Shown: positions 18,172 through 27,328, numbered from the stretch's first letter. The stretch is 64,000 nt of DNA from Pseudolysinimonas sp. (GCA_035495435.1 DATJFV010000046.1:24072-88071), one strand, 5' to 3'. The notes: generated by a model from the sequence alone, not told the origin. Program-made: numbers and translations.

Positions 18172-18962
18172 GCGGAGAACTCCCTCTCGGTAGCGGCGGA
18201 GCGGCGGGACATGTGCGTGACGACCCGCAGTTGGCGCGAGTCGATCCAGACGTCGGAGTACTCCACGACGCGGCCGTCCGCCAGCAGCGTGACCTGCTCG
18301 AGGTACTGCACCGGCTGCTGCGGCGGCAGCGCGAGAGCCTGCGCGACCTCCAGCGGGGCCGCGACGGCGCTGAAGCTGCGGCGGGCGGTGCCGATCTCGA
18401 GGCCGTACCGGGTCTCGAGGGCGCCGAACAGGGTGGTCTGCTCGAAGTCGAGGCTCTCGATTCCGGGGGCCAGGTCGAGGCGCACGTAGTTGTGGAGCAG
18501 GGCGATCGGCACCTCACGCGCGCTGCGGATGCGCACCAGGCGGAACGCGGGAACGCCCTCGTCCAGGTGCAGCAGCCGCGCCACGGCGAAGGGGGGCAGC
18601 GACACGTCGCAGGACAGGACGCGGGTGTCGAGCGTGATGCCCTGGCTGGCGAAGTCCTCCGACAGGGTGCTGAGCTTCTGCGCGGTCGCCGGCTCCATGA
18701 GGGTCTCGGTGACGAAGGTGCCGCGGCCGGGGATCTGCTTGAGCAGCCCCTCCTCGATGAGGGTCGCCAGTGCGCGGCGCAGGGTGCCCCGGCTCACGCC
18801 GATCTCCTCGGCGAGCCGCGGCTCGGGCAGCAGCCGGTGGTCGCGCGGCCACTCCCCCGAGACGATGCGGGCGCGGATGGCGTCGGAGATCTGGGCATGC
18901 AGCGCGGCTCCCGCGCCCGGATCGATGTCACCCCCCGGACCGAACTCGAACATCGCCGCCAT
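18168..18962 (-). CDS. GntR family (HutC/UTRA-type) transcriptional regulator
   Basis: Winged HTH (LPEPRLAEEIGVSRGTLRRALATLIEEGLL...GRGTFV) followed by a UTRA-like C-terminal domain. Confidence 0.9.
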   Translation of the reverse strand: MAAMFEFGPGGDIDPGAGAALHAQISDAIRARIVSGEWPRDHRLLPEPRLAEEIGVSRGTLRRALATLIEEGLLKQIPGRGTFVTETLMEPATAQKLSTLSEDFASQGITLDTRVLSCDVSLPPFAVARLLHLDEGVPAFRLVRIRSAREVPIALLHNYVRLDLAPGIESLDFEQTTLFGALETRYGLEIGTARRSFSAVAAPLEVAQALALPPQQPVQYLEQVTLLADGRVVEYSDVWIDSRQLRVVTHMSRRSAATEREFSA

Positions 18963-18965
18963 CGG

Positions 18966-19667
18966 TCAGTAGCTCCGCGTTCCCGCGCCGGTCGTGCCGG
19001 TCACGATGGCCACGCCGGCACTGGTGCCGACCAGGGACGCACCGGCCTCGAGAAGCGACACGGCGTGCTCGAAGCTCTTGATGCCGCCCGAGGCCTTGAC
19101 CTCTGCTCGCCCGGCGGCGCGCTCGACCAGGTAGCGGATGCTCGCCGGATCGGCGACCTCCACGGCTCCGCTCGAGGCGTTCTTGAGGTACGCGGCCCCG
19201 GCTTCGAGCGACAGGTCGACGGCGGCATCGCGTTCGGCGGGCGTCAGCAGCGGCAGTTCGAGCATCACCTTGACGGGAACGCCCGCGGCGACGACTGCGG
19301 CGATGTCGTCGCGGAACCGGTCGTATTCGCCGCTTCTCAGCCAGCCGATCTGCACGCCGATGTCGAGCTGGCCGGCTCCGAGCCGCACCAGTTCCTCGGC
19401 CTCGCGCGCCTTGCCGGCGGTCGTCATCACGCCGACCGTCGGGAAGTCGAGGGCGGATGCGATGGCCACCCCGGTGCCGGCGAGCTCGGCCGCGACGACA
19501 TCCACCCACGACCCCGCGACCATCGCCGCCTGGAAGCCGTACTGGACGCATTCGCGAGCGTGCGACAGCACCTGGTCCCGTGTGGTGCCTGCCTCGATGA
19601 GGGTGTGCTGGATGTAGGGGGCCAGTTCCGCGGGCGAGGTGATCGCGAGAGGAGATGCGGTGGTCAT
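18966..19667 (-). CDS. DeoC-family (deoxyribose-phosphate) aldolase, short form
   Basis: Start set at ATG 19667, with an ATGA overlap with the kinase stop. DERA-like lysine contexts YLKNASSG and VKASGGIKS. Confidence 0.8.
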   Translation of the reverse strand: MTTASPLAITSPAELAPYIQHTLIEAGTTRDQVLSHARECVQYGFQAAMVAGSWVDVVAAELAGTGVAIASALDFPTVGVMTTAGKAREAEELVRLGAGQLDIGVQIGWLRSGEYDRFRDDIAAVVAAGVPVKVMLELPLLTPAERDAAVDLSLEAGAAYLKNASSGAVEVADPASIRYLVERAAGRAEVKASGGIKSFEHAVSLLEAGASLVGTSAGVAIVTGTTGAGTRSY

Positions 19668-20587
19668 CGGGCGGTGGCCTCCTCGCGGGCTCGGGTCAGC
19701 ATCTGCTCGACGTCGTCGCGTCGAGGCAGTGCGGGAATCACCTCGGGGATGCCGACGGTGAAAGCTGCGGCGGCCGCGGCGAACCGCGCCGCGTCGACGG
19801 CGGACGCGCCCTCGGTGAGCGCGACGGCAAGGGCGGCGGTGAAGCTGTCGCCCGCCCCGGTGGTGTCGATCACGGCATCCGGGGTCACGGCGGGCACCCG
19901 CTCGGTGCGCTGGCGGTCGGCGACGACCGCACCCGCCCCGCCGCACGTCACGATCGCCGTGCCCCCGTACCACTCGAACAGGCGAGCCAGGCACTCGTCG
20001 ATCGAGGAGCCGGGGGCGTCCACGAGCTCGGCCAGCTCACCCAGGTTGGGCGTGATGACGTCGGCCAGGCCGACCAGCTCCCGGTCCCGCGTGGCGGGGG
20101 CCGGGTTCAGGAGCACGGGGATATCGGCGTCGCGGGCCGCCTGGACGGCGCGCCGTGCGACGGGGACGGGCACTTCGAGGGAGACCACGAGCCGGTCGGC
20201 GGCTTCGATGACCGCGTCGAAGCCGGCGACATCCTCCGGTCGCAGAGCGGCGAGTGCGCCGTCTGCGATGGCAATGCGGTTCTCCCCCTGCGGGTCGACG
20301 AGGATGAACCCCGTCATGGTCGCCTCCGCCGTACGCACCACCGCGCCGGCGTTGACGCCTTCGTCCGTCCAGAACCGGATCGCGGCGTCGCCGGCGTCGT
20401 CCGTCCCGACGCCGGTGAAGAGCGCGGACTCCTGTCCGAGTCGCCGGATGCCGACGGCCTGGTTGGACCCCTTGCCGCCGTGCCCGCGCGCGAGCCGTCC
20501 GCCCGACACCGTCTCGCCCGCCTGCGGAGCACGCGGCACGGTCATGGTCAGACCGACCCCGTACCCACCGACGACTGCGATAACCAT
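19664..20587 (-). CDS. PfkB-family sugar kinase (ribokinase/deoxyribokinase-like)
   Basis: GGKGSNQA and DTTGAGDSF motifs of the ribokinase family. Confidence 0.88.
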   Translation of the reverse strand: MVIAVVGGYGVGLTMTVPRAPQAGETVSGGRLARGHGGKGSNQAVGIRRLGQESALFTGVGTDDAGDAAIRFWTDEGVNAGAVVRTAEATMTGFILVDPQGENRIAIADGALAALRPEDVAGFDAVIEAADRLVVSLEVPVPVARRAVQAARDADIPVLLNPAPATRDRELVGLADVITPNLGELAELVDAPGSSIDECLARLFEWYGGTAIVTCGGAGAVVADRQRTERVPAVTPDAVIDTTGAGDSFTAALAVALTEGASAVDAARFAAAAAAFTVGIPEVIPALPRRDDVEQMLTRAREEATAR

Positions 20588-20593
20588 TGACGA

Positions 20594-20621
20594 CCTTGTC
20601 TCTGGACAAACATGTACAAGG
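20594..20621. promoter_or_regulatory. nested palindromes upstream of the kinase operon (candidate GntR operator)
   Basis: CCTTGT...ACAAGG encloses TTGTC-tctg-GACAA and ACATGT, 7-34 nt upstream of the start codon at 20587. Confidence 0.35.
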
Positions 20622-20739
20622 AAACGTAGGAAGCGCCGACCGAACCGTCAAGGTTCCTGAGCGTGAATGCTCACATGCGCACCCGGATTCCCCCATGAGC
20701 AGCGAATGAGCGGTGATACGGCGTCGCTAGGCTGATCGC

Positions 20740-21120
20740 ATGACCGCCGCCACCCCCGGGCCGCTCCGGAGCACACTGCAGTGGGCCGACCTGGTCACCG
20801 GGTTGCTGCTCACCGCCATCGGTGGTCTGCTCGCCCTGGTCATGCTGAGCCAGCTGGCGCAACTCGCCGGACTCAGCGTGATCTGCGAGGGGATCGCCCC
20901 GGACGGCGCACGGTGCAGCCCCGCGTTCCTCACCGGCGCGATCATCGTCGGATACGCCATCGTGATCTTCGCCTGGGCGCTCGGCCTGGGCCTGCTGATC
21001 GTGCGCGCCGTGCGCCGCCGCACCGTCTTCTGGGTGCCGCTGGCGAGCGTCGCCGTGATCATCGCCGCGTTCTACCTCGTGGCGATCGTGCTGAGCACGA
21101 GCTATCAGCCGACGGGCTGA
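20740..21120 (+). CDS. small integral membrane protein
   Basis: 126 aa, 4 hydrophobic helices. Preceded by a relatively AT-rich 152-nt intergenic region. Confidence 0.6.
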   Translation: MTAATPGPLRSTLQWADLVTGLLLTAIGGLLALVMLSQLAQLAGLSVICEGIAPDGARCSPAFLTGAIIVGYAIVIFAWALGLGLLIVRAVRRRTVFWVPLASVAVIIAAFYLVAIVLSTSYQPTG

Positions 21121-22358
21121 CCCGCCCGCGACGCCGCGACCTCATCCTCGAGGTAGCGCGGCCGGCGCAGCACGACGAAGGCGGGGGCTGTGAGCACCAT
21201 GGTGCCCAGCAGGAACCAGAGCGCGGCATCCCAGCCGCCGGTGGCATCCCGCAGCAGTCCCACGATCAGCGGCCCGAACGCTCCCAGGGCGTAGCCGAGG
21301 CCCTGCACGAACCCGCTCAACGCCACCGCGCCGACACCGGTCCGCGTACGCAGGTTGATCAACGTCAGTGTGAGCGGGAACACCAGGGGTCCCGAGCCGA
21401 CGAAGATCGTCCAGAGCAGCGGGGCCGCGGCCGGAGCGAACAGGAACCCCGCATAGCCGGCGAGGAACAGACCGAGGGCGGTGACCAGCAGCGGGGTGAT
21501 CGTGGGCAGCCGCTGCGCCAGAGGCGGCACGATGAGGGCCGCCGGCAGGCCGCACACCGCGAACACGCCGAGCAGGAGGCCGGCCTGCGCCGCGTCCACC
21601 CCGGAGATCTCGGTGGTCATCGCGGGCAGCCAGGCGAACATGGCGTAGACCGTCATGGTGGGCGCCGCGAACAGCAGACCCATCGACCAGGCGATCGGCG
21701 ACCGGAACACCCGGCGCCCGATGCCGGCATGAGCCGTCTCCAGCCCTCGAGCGTGCGTGTCGAGATTCTCGACGTGGCGTCCGTGCCGCACGGCCTGCCA
21801 GATCCACGGCAGCGCCGCCACGATCGACACCAGCGCCCAGACCCCGAGCGACGACCGCCACCCCGAGGTCTCGGCGATCGGCACGGCGACCGCAGGCGGA
21901 ATGGTGGCCCCGACCGACATCACCGTGACGTAGACGGCCGTCATGGTGCCGATACGGTCGGGGAAATAGCGCTTCACGATCGGCGGCAGCAGCACGTTGC
22001 CCGAACCCGCACCGAGCAGCGCCAGCACCGTGCCGACCAGCAGCAGGGTGGAATCCGGGGCGACCGCGCGGATGAGGTGGCCGGCCGCGCCGATCAGGGT
22101 GGCTGCCAGCAGGGCCCCCTCGAGCCCGAGAGCGCGCGCGACGAGCGGTCCGATCAGTCCCGAGAGGCCGAAGATCACCGGCGGCGCGGCACCGATGACC
22201 GCCAGCACGAGGTGATCCAGCGGAATGTCGGCCTCGACTCTGTCGACGACCGGCGACAGCGCGCCGACCGCGGTGCGCATCGTCAGCGCGACCAGAGCGA
22301 TGCCGGCGAAGGCCAGGAGGCGACCCCGCACCAGCGGGACCGGCGCGGTCGTCGTCAT
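21105..22358 (-). CDS. MFS transporter (CynX/NimT-like)
   Basis: 417 aa, 12 TM-like segments. Confidence 0.83.
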   Translation of the reverse strand: MTTTAPVPLVRGRLLAFAGIALVALTMRTAVGALSPVVDRVEADIPLDHLVLAVIGAAPPVIFGLSGLIGPLVARALGLEGALLAATLIGAAGHLIRAVAPDSTLLLVGTVLALLGAGSGNVLLPPIVKRYFPDRIGTMTAVYVTVMSVGATIPPAVAVPIAETSGWRSSLGVWALVSIVAALPWIWQAVRHGRHVENLDTHARGLETAHAGIGRRVFRSPIAWSMGLLFAAPTMTVYAMFAWLPAMTTEISGVDAAQAGLLLGVFAVCGLPAALIVPPLAQRLPTITPLLVTALGLFLAGYAGFLFAPAAAPLLWTIFVGSGPLVFPLTLTLINLRTRTGVGAVALSGFVQGLGYALGAFGPLIVGLLRDATGGWDAALWFLLGTMVLTAPAFVVLRRPRYLEDEVAASRAGQPVG

Positions 22359-22367
22359 CCCGCCAGC

Positions 22368-23306
22368 CTAGGACGCGGCAGCGACCAGCACCTCGCGGAT
22401 GCGCCGCTCGTCGGCCTGCAGCTGGGCCACCAGGGCATCGACGCCGTCGAACCGCTTCATCGGGCGGATGTATTCCACGAACTCCAGGTTGATGGTGCGG
22501 CCGTACAGGTCGAGGCGCTGGTCGAGCAGATGCGCCTCGACCTGATGCTGCGGGACGCCCTCGAACGTCGGATTGTTGCCGATCGACACGGCGGCGCCGA
22601 AACGCTCGCCGTCGACCGTCGCCCAGGCGGCGTAGACGCCGTCGAGCGGCAGCATGCCCTCGATGTCGGGATCGAGGTTGGCCGTGGGATAGCCGAGCTC
22701 GCGCCCCCGCTGCTCGCCGTGCACCACGCGCGAGCGCACCGCCGGGAGCCGCCCGAGCAGCTGCGCCGCCGCGGAGATCTTCCCCTCCGAGAGCAGCTCC
22801 CGGATCCAGGTGGACGACACCCGACGCCCACCGCGACCGTAGTCCTCGATCATCTGCACCTCGAACCCGAGCGCGGACCCGAAGCCTTTCAGTGCCTCGA
22901 GATCGCCCGACCCGCGGTCGCCGAACCGGAAGTCGCGCCCGGCCAGCACCAGCTCGGCGTGCAGCGTGTCGACCAGGATGCGCGTCACGAACGCCTCGGG
23001 CGAGAGCCGAGCCAGTTCTTCGGTGAACGGCAGCATCAGCACGGCGCCGACCCCCGCCGCCTCGAACAGCTCGACCTTCTGCGCCGGGCTCACCAGCGGC
23101 TCGGGAGCACGGTCGGGCCGCAGCACCGCGAGCGGGTTGCGGTCGAAGGTCACCACGGCAGGGACCAGACCGCGCGCCTGCGCGGCATCGCACAGCTGGC
23201 GCAGCACGTCGCGGTGCCCGAGGTGCAGTCCGTCGAACTTGCCGACCGTGACCGCCGAGGGCCCGAAATCGCGCGGCACCGCGTCGCGCGAGGGATACAG
23301 CTCCAT
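22368..23306 (-). CDS. ribF: bifunctional riboflavin kinase / FMN adenylyltransferase
   Basis: Start at ATG 23306 (MELYPS), with a 1-nt TGATG overlap. Motifs VGKFDGLHLGHR and GYPTANL. Confidence 0.92.
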   Translation of the reverse strand: MELYPSRDAVPRDFGPSAVTVGKFDGLHLGHRDVLRQLCDAAQARGLVPAVVTFDRNPLAVLRPDRAPEPLVSPAQKVELFEAAGVGAVLMLPFTEELARLSPEAFVTRILVDTLHAELVLAGRDFRFGDRGSGDLEALKGFGSALGFEVQMIEDYGRGGRRVSSTWIRELLSEGKISAAAQLLGRLPAVRSRVVHGEQRGRELGYPTANLDPDIEGMLPLDGVYAAWATVDGERFGAAVSIGNNPTFEGVPQHQVEAHLLDQRLDLYGRTINLEFVEYIRPMKRFDGVDALVAQLQADERRIREVLVAAAS

Positions 23307-23725
23307 CAGGCCGGCACCGCCGCCCGACGCCAGAGGTACCACAGCCCGAGCACCGGGAGCACGAGCGGTACCAGCAGGTATCCGGCGCCGTACGCGCTCC
23401 ACACGGTCGACTCCCGGCCGAACGGGTCGACGCTGTCGAGCCCGAGCACCGCCGGGGCGAACAGGCTGATGGTGCCGACGATCAGCACCCCGGCGAGCTC
23501 GAAGCAGATCGTCACGAGGGCGAGGCGGCGAAGCCCGAGCGCGAGTGCGACGGTGGCGACGAGGTAGACGACCCCGGCGAGAGCCGACAGCACGAAGGCC
23601 ACGGGCGCCTCACCGAATCGGTCGATGATCTGGAACACGGATCGCCCGGTCGCGGCGATCGCGAGGATCGCGTACACCGCGACGAGCACGCGCCCGGCTC
23701 CGCGGGCAGGTCGCAGCTCGGTCAC
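23306..23725 (-). CDS. integral membrane protein, unknown function
   Basis: 139 aa, 4 hydrophobic helices. Confidence 0.7.
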   Translation of the reverse strand: MTELRPARGAGRVLVAVYAILAIAATGRSVFQIIDRFGEAPVAFVLSALAGVVYLVATVALALGLRRLALVTICFELAGVLIVGTISLFAPAVLGLDSVDPFGRESTVWSAYGAGYLLVPLVLPVLGLWYLWRRAAVPA

Positions 23726-23748
23726 CGTTTCAGCGTAGCGGGAGGCGG

Positions 23749-24117
23749 TCAGGCCAGCTGGACGGTCCAGATCTGGTGCATCCGGTACGCCATCACGGCC
23801 ACCGCCAGCGCCCCGACGCCGAGCACGAAGGTGCTCCAGCGACCGCGATCGGTGAGGGCCCAGAGCACCGCGAGCGGTGGGATCACCGCCGCGGTGATCA
23901 GGTACACCCAGAACTCCGCCGGATTGCCCGAGGGAGGGTTTCCGGCAGCAGGGGCGACGAGCGCGATCACGATCTGCGCCAGCAGCAGCACCTCGACCAG
24001 CACCAGCGACAGCACGCTGACATCCGCCGGGCGCCGCCCCGCGAGCCCCAGTGCCACACAGAGCACTCCCGCGAGAACCGCCACACTCACCAGCACGATC
24101 GTGTAGCCCAGGATCAT
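23749..24117 (-). CDS. integral membrane protein, unknown function
   Basis: 122 aa, 4 hydrophobic helices. 4-nt overlap with truB. Confidence 0.7.
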   Translation of the reverse strand: MILGYTIVLVSVAVLAGVLCVALGLAGRRPADVSVLSLVLVEVLLLAQIVIALVAPAAGNPPSGNPAEFWVYLITAAVIPPLAVLWALTDRGRWSTFVLGVGALAVAVMAYRMHQIWTVQLA

Positions 24118-24992
24118 GTCGTCTCCTCCACCGGGAAGTTCACCAGCACGCGCGCGCGACCGCCGGTCACCTCGGCCAGCCCGATCAGTCTGCCGGATGC
24201 AATGGCCGCCACGACCGGGGCATCCGCGGCGTCCAGCGCGATGCGCTTGCCGTTCGCGAGATCCGCGGCCTGCACCGGAGCAAGTTCCGCCGTGGGAAAG
24301 AGCTCCCCCGCGATCGCCGCGGGCGCCCGCAGCGCCTCGGGGCCGATGTCATCGAGCGCCACGGCATCCCGCACCTCGAACGGGCCGATCGCCTCGCGCC
24401 GCAGCGCGGTCAGGTGCCCGCCGACCTGCAGATCGCGCCCGAGATCGCGAGCGAGAGCGCGGATGTAGGTGCCCGAGGAGCACTCGACCACGACGTCGAG
24501 GTCGACCGTTTGCGCACTGCGGCGCTCGTCGACGATCTCGAAGCGCGACACCGTCACCGAGCGCGGCTCGAGCACCACCTCTTCGCCCGCCCGTGCCCGG
24601 TCGTACGAGCGGCGCCCGTCGACCTTGATGGCGCTGAAGCTCGACGGCACCTGCTGCAGCGCACCGGTCAGGGCGGTAACCCCCGCGTCGATGCGCTCGC
24701 GGGTCACGCCGCTCGCGTCGGCCGTGGCGATCACCTCCCCCTTGGCATCGTCGGTGTCGGTCGCGACACCGAGCCGGATCGTGGCGGCGTAGCGCTTGCC
24801 GAGCCCGACGAGGTAGGTCAGCAACCGGGTCGAGCTGCCGACGCCCAGCAGCAGCAGGCCGGTGGCCATCGGGTCGAGCGTGCCCGCGTGGCCGACCTTG
24901 CGGGTGCCGAGGGCGCGCCGAGCACGGGAGACCACGTCGTGACTGGTCATGCCATCCGGCTTGTCCACGAGGAGGATGCCGGTGGGACTCAC
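24114..24992 (-). CDS. truB: tRNA pseudouridine(55) synthase
   Basis: GTG start. GILLVDKPDGMTSHDVV and HAGTLDPMATG motifs, the latter containing the catalytic Asp. Confidence 0.93.
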   Translation of the reverse strand: MSPTGILLVDKPDGMTSHDVVSRARRALGTRKVGHAGTLDPMATGLLLLGVGSSTRLLTYLVGLGKRYAATIRLGVATDTDDAKGEVIATADASGVTRERIDAGVTALTGALQQVPSSFSAIKVDGRRSYDRARAGEEVVLEPRSVTVSRFEIVDERRSAQTVDLDVVVECSSGTYIRALARDLGRDLQVGGHLTALRREAIGPFEVRDAVALDDIGPEALRAPAAIAGELFPTAELAPVQAADLANGKRIALDAADAPVVAAIASGRLIGLAEVTGGRARVLVNFPVEETT

Positions 24993-26668
24993 CCCTTCAG
25001 AATCTCATGCGGGTACGGGAACCAGCGCAGCTCCTCGAAGTCGGCGGTGGTCTCAGGAGCCGGCACGGCATCCGCTCGCCCGCTGCGCGCCGCTGCGATC
25101 TCGGCACGCGCCAGGTCGAGGTAGTGCGACAACTCGAGCCCCGGTGCGCGGCGCCGGCGGTCGGGGTAGCGCATCTCGCCGGAGTCGTACGAGATCTCGT
25201 GCAGCGACATCGGCGGGGTGAGGAGGTCGGCGTCGTGGTGCCGCCACAGCCCGCTCATCGGCTCGAAGCGGTAGAGCGGCAGCAGTGCGGCGCCGTCCGA
25301 GGCGACGAGCGCGACGGCGTCGAGGATGTAGCGGAAGGTCTGCTCGTCGATGAAGTAGTTGAAGTTCACCCGCACCCACCCGGGCTTGATGCCCTCGCAG
25401 CCGGTGCTGATCTCGCGCTCCAGCGCGTGCGAGAGGTCGGGGTCGATGCCGAGCAGCCGGTGCCCGTACGGGCCCGCGCACGAGCAGCCGCCGCGGGCCT
25501 GGATGCCGAACAGGTCGTTCAGCAGGGCCACGACGTAGTTGTGGTGCAGGTAGCGCTTCGCGCCGGGGTGGCGGATGACGAACGAGACGATCGAGAGCCG
25601 CTCGGCATCGCGGCTGCCGAGGATCTCGATGTTCGGCGCAGCGCTCCACGCGGAGATCGCGCGCGAGACGAAATCCTCTTCGCGCCGCCGGATCTCCGAA
25701 ACCCCGACCGCATGCTTCAACTGGAATACCAGCCCGGCGCGGATCGACTCGACGATCGCCGGGGTGCCGCCCTCCTCGCGGTGCTCGATGTCGGGGTGGA
25801 AGTCGTGCCCGTCCTGGTAGACGTACGAGACCGTTCCGCCGCCGACCACATCCGGCACCCGGTTGGTGAACAGCGAGCGTTTGGCCACCAACACCCCCGG
25901 AGTACCCGGTCCGCCGATCAGCTTGTGCGTCGAGATGAACACCGCATCGAAGCTCTCGGGCGCATCGGCGGGGCCCATGTCGATGTCGACATACGGCGCA
26001 GCGGCCGCGAAATCCCAGAAGGCAAAGGCGCCGTGCTCGTGCAGCAGAGCCGAGACGGCCGCGGTGTCGGTGATGATGCCGGTGACGTTGGACGCCGCCG
26101 AGAACGAGCCGATCTTGAGCGGCCGGTCGTCGTGGAGCTCCAGTTGCTCGCGCAGGTGCTCGAGGTCGACGTGGCCGTCGCGGGACTCGCGGATCACGAC
26201 GACGTCAGCGATCGACTCGCGCCAGGACAGCTCATTGGAGTGGTGCTCGAACGGACCGAGGAAGACCACGGGGCGCTGGTTCGGCGGGATGGCGTCGGTG
26301 ACGTGCCAGCGATCGTCGAGCGCCGAGGGCACCCGCAGGCCCAGCACCCCGATCAGCTTGTCGATGGCGTAGGTGGAGCCGCTGCCGCAGAACAGCACCA
26401 CGTGGTCGTCGGTCGCGCCGGTGCACTCGGCGATGATGTCCCGCGCCTCCTCGCGGAAGCGGCTGGTCTGCAACCCGGTTCCCGAGGACTCGGTGTGCGT
26501 GTTGGCGTACAGCGGCAGAACGGCGCTGCGGATGTAGTCCTCGATGAAGCTCAGCGAGCGGCCGGAAGCGGTGTAGTCGGCATACACCACGGGGCGCGGG
26601 CCGAACGGTCCGTCGACGACGTCATCGCCGCCGATCACCGAGGCCCGGATCGTGTCGATCAGGGTCAT
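24989..26668 (-). CDS. aminotransferase class V-fold PLP-dependent enzyme (cysteine-desulfurase-like, long form)
   Basis: 559 aa. PLP-lysine context FISTHKLIGGPGTPG. GTGA overlap with truB. Confidence 0.83.
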   Translation of the reverse strand: MTLIDTIRASVIGGDDVVDGPFGPRPVVYADYTASGRSLSFIEDYIRSAVLPLYANTHTESSGTGLQTSRFREEARDIIAECTGATDDHVVLFCGSGSTYAIDKLIGVLGLRVPSALDDRWHVTDAIPPNQRPVVFLGPFEHHSNELSWRESIADVVVIRESRDGHVDLEHLREQLELHDDRPLKIGSFSAASNVTGIITDTAAVSALLHEHGAFAFWDFAAAAPYVDIDMGPADAPESFDAVFISTHKLIGGPGTPGVLVAKRSLFTNRVPDVVGGGTVSYVYQDGHDFHPDIEHREEGGTPAIVESIRAGLVFQLKHAVGVSEIRRREEDFVSRAISAWSAAPNIEILGSRDAERLSIVSFVIRHPGAKRYLHHNYVVALLNDLFGIQARGGCSCAGPYGHRLLGIDPDLSHALEREISTGCEGIKPGWVRVNFNYFIDEQTFRYILDAVALVASDGAALLPLYRFEPMSGLWRHHDADLLTPPMSLHEISYDSGEMRYPDRRRRAPGLELSHYLDLARAEIAAARSGRADAVPAPETTADFEELRWFPYPHEILKG

Positions 26669-26678
26669 GCCCCCGAGG

Positions 26679-27284
26679 TTACTGGCGCGCCAGGTCCCTC
26701 AACAGGGCCGCTTTGGTGGGCATGGCCGCCGTGAGCATTTCGCGCGCCTCGGGATCGGTGTCGTACTCGGCGCCCATCCGCAGGCCGACCAGGGTGTTGA
26801 TCATCATGCCGCCCTGCAGGAAGCCGGTCGCCTCCTCTGCGCTGAAACCGGCCTCCTCGCGCAGCAGGCGGTACACCTTGAGGAAGCCGGCGCGCGCGAC
26901 GGGGCCGATCTCGGGGTCGGCGCCCAGCATGAAGCCCTGCATCAGACTCAGAAGCAGCCCGCGGTCGGCCAGCAGGTCGACGTAGCGCCGGCCGATGCAC
27001 TGCGAGAGGTCGTCGCTCAAGGGGTGCGCGATCTCGTCGCGGAAGTGTGCGATCAGCGTGTCGAGCGAGCGCCCGAGCACCTGCTGGAAGAGCGCCGCCT
27101 TGGTGCCGAACATGCGCACCACGTAGGGCTGGCTGACCCCGGCGGCTTTCGCCACCGCGTCCGTGGTGGCGCCCACGTACCCGCGCTCGCCGAAGACCGC
27201 GGCGGCGGCTTCGAGGATCTGCTCGCGGCGATCCTCGGACTTCATGCGGCCGGCGGGGGCCTCGGAGGTGGACACGCTTGACAT
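26679..27284 (-). CDS. TetR family transcriptional regulator
   Basis: Start set at ATG 27284 (MSSVSTSE); a later MKSEDRRE start is also possible. HTH region ILEAAAAVFGERGYVGATTDAVAKAAGVSQPYV. Confidence 0.87.
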   Translation of the reverse strand: MSSVSTSEAPAGRMKSEDRREQILEAAAAVFGERGYVGATTDAVAKAAGVSQPYVVRMFGTKAALFQQVLGRSLDTLIAHFRDEIAHPLSDDLSQCIGRRYVDLLADRGLLLSLMQGFMLGADPEIGPVARAGFLKVYRLLREEAGFSAEEATGFLQGGMMINTLVGLRMGAEYDTDPEAREMLTAAMPTKAALLRDLARQ

Positions 27285-27328
27285 GTTATCAGGCGATAAC
27301 CTATCTTCCTTGGTAATCATCCGATTAC
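27285..27328. promoter_or_regulatory. two related palindromes in the TetR/MFS divergent intergenic region (candidate TetR operators)
   Basis: GTTATC-aggc-GATAAC (27285-27300) and GTAATC-atcc-GATTAC (27313-27328), in an unusually AT-rich 67-nt spacer. Confidence 0.45.

Noticed and set aside
20781-23567. Very long ORFs (300-1000 aa) such as 20781..23567(+), 21142..23193(-), 35150..38104(+), 18213..20660(+), 46993..49704(+), 27325..29106(-), 10578..12338(+) and 44929..46668(+)
   Set aside because: Their translations are dominated by Arg/Gly/Pro/Ala/His runs and lack recognisable motifs. They lie antisense to, or out of frame with, genes that have clear family signatures. These are typical shadow ORFs of high-GC DNA, where stop codons are rare.
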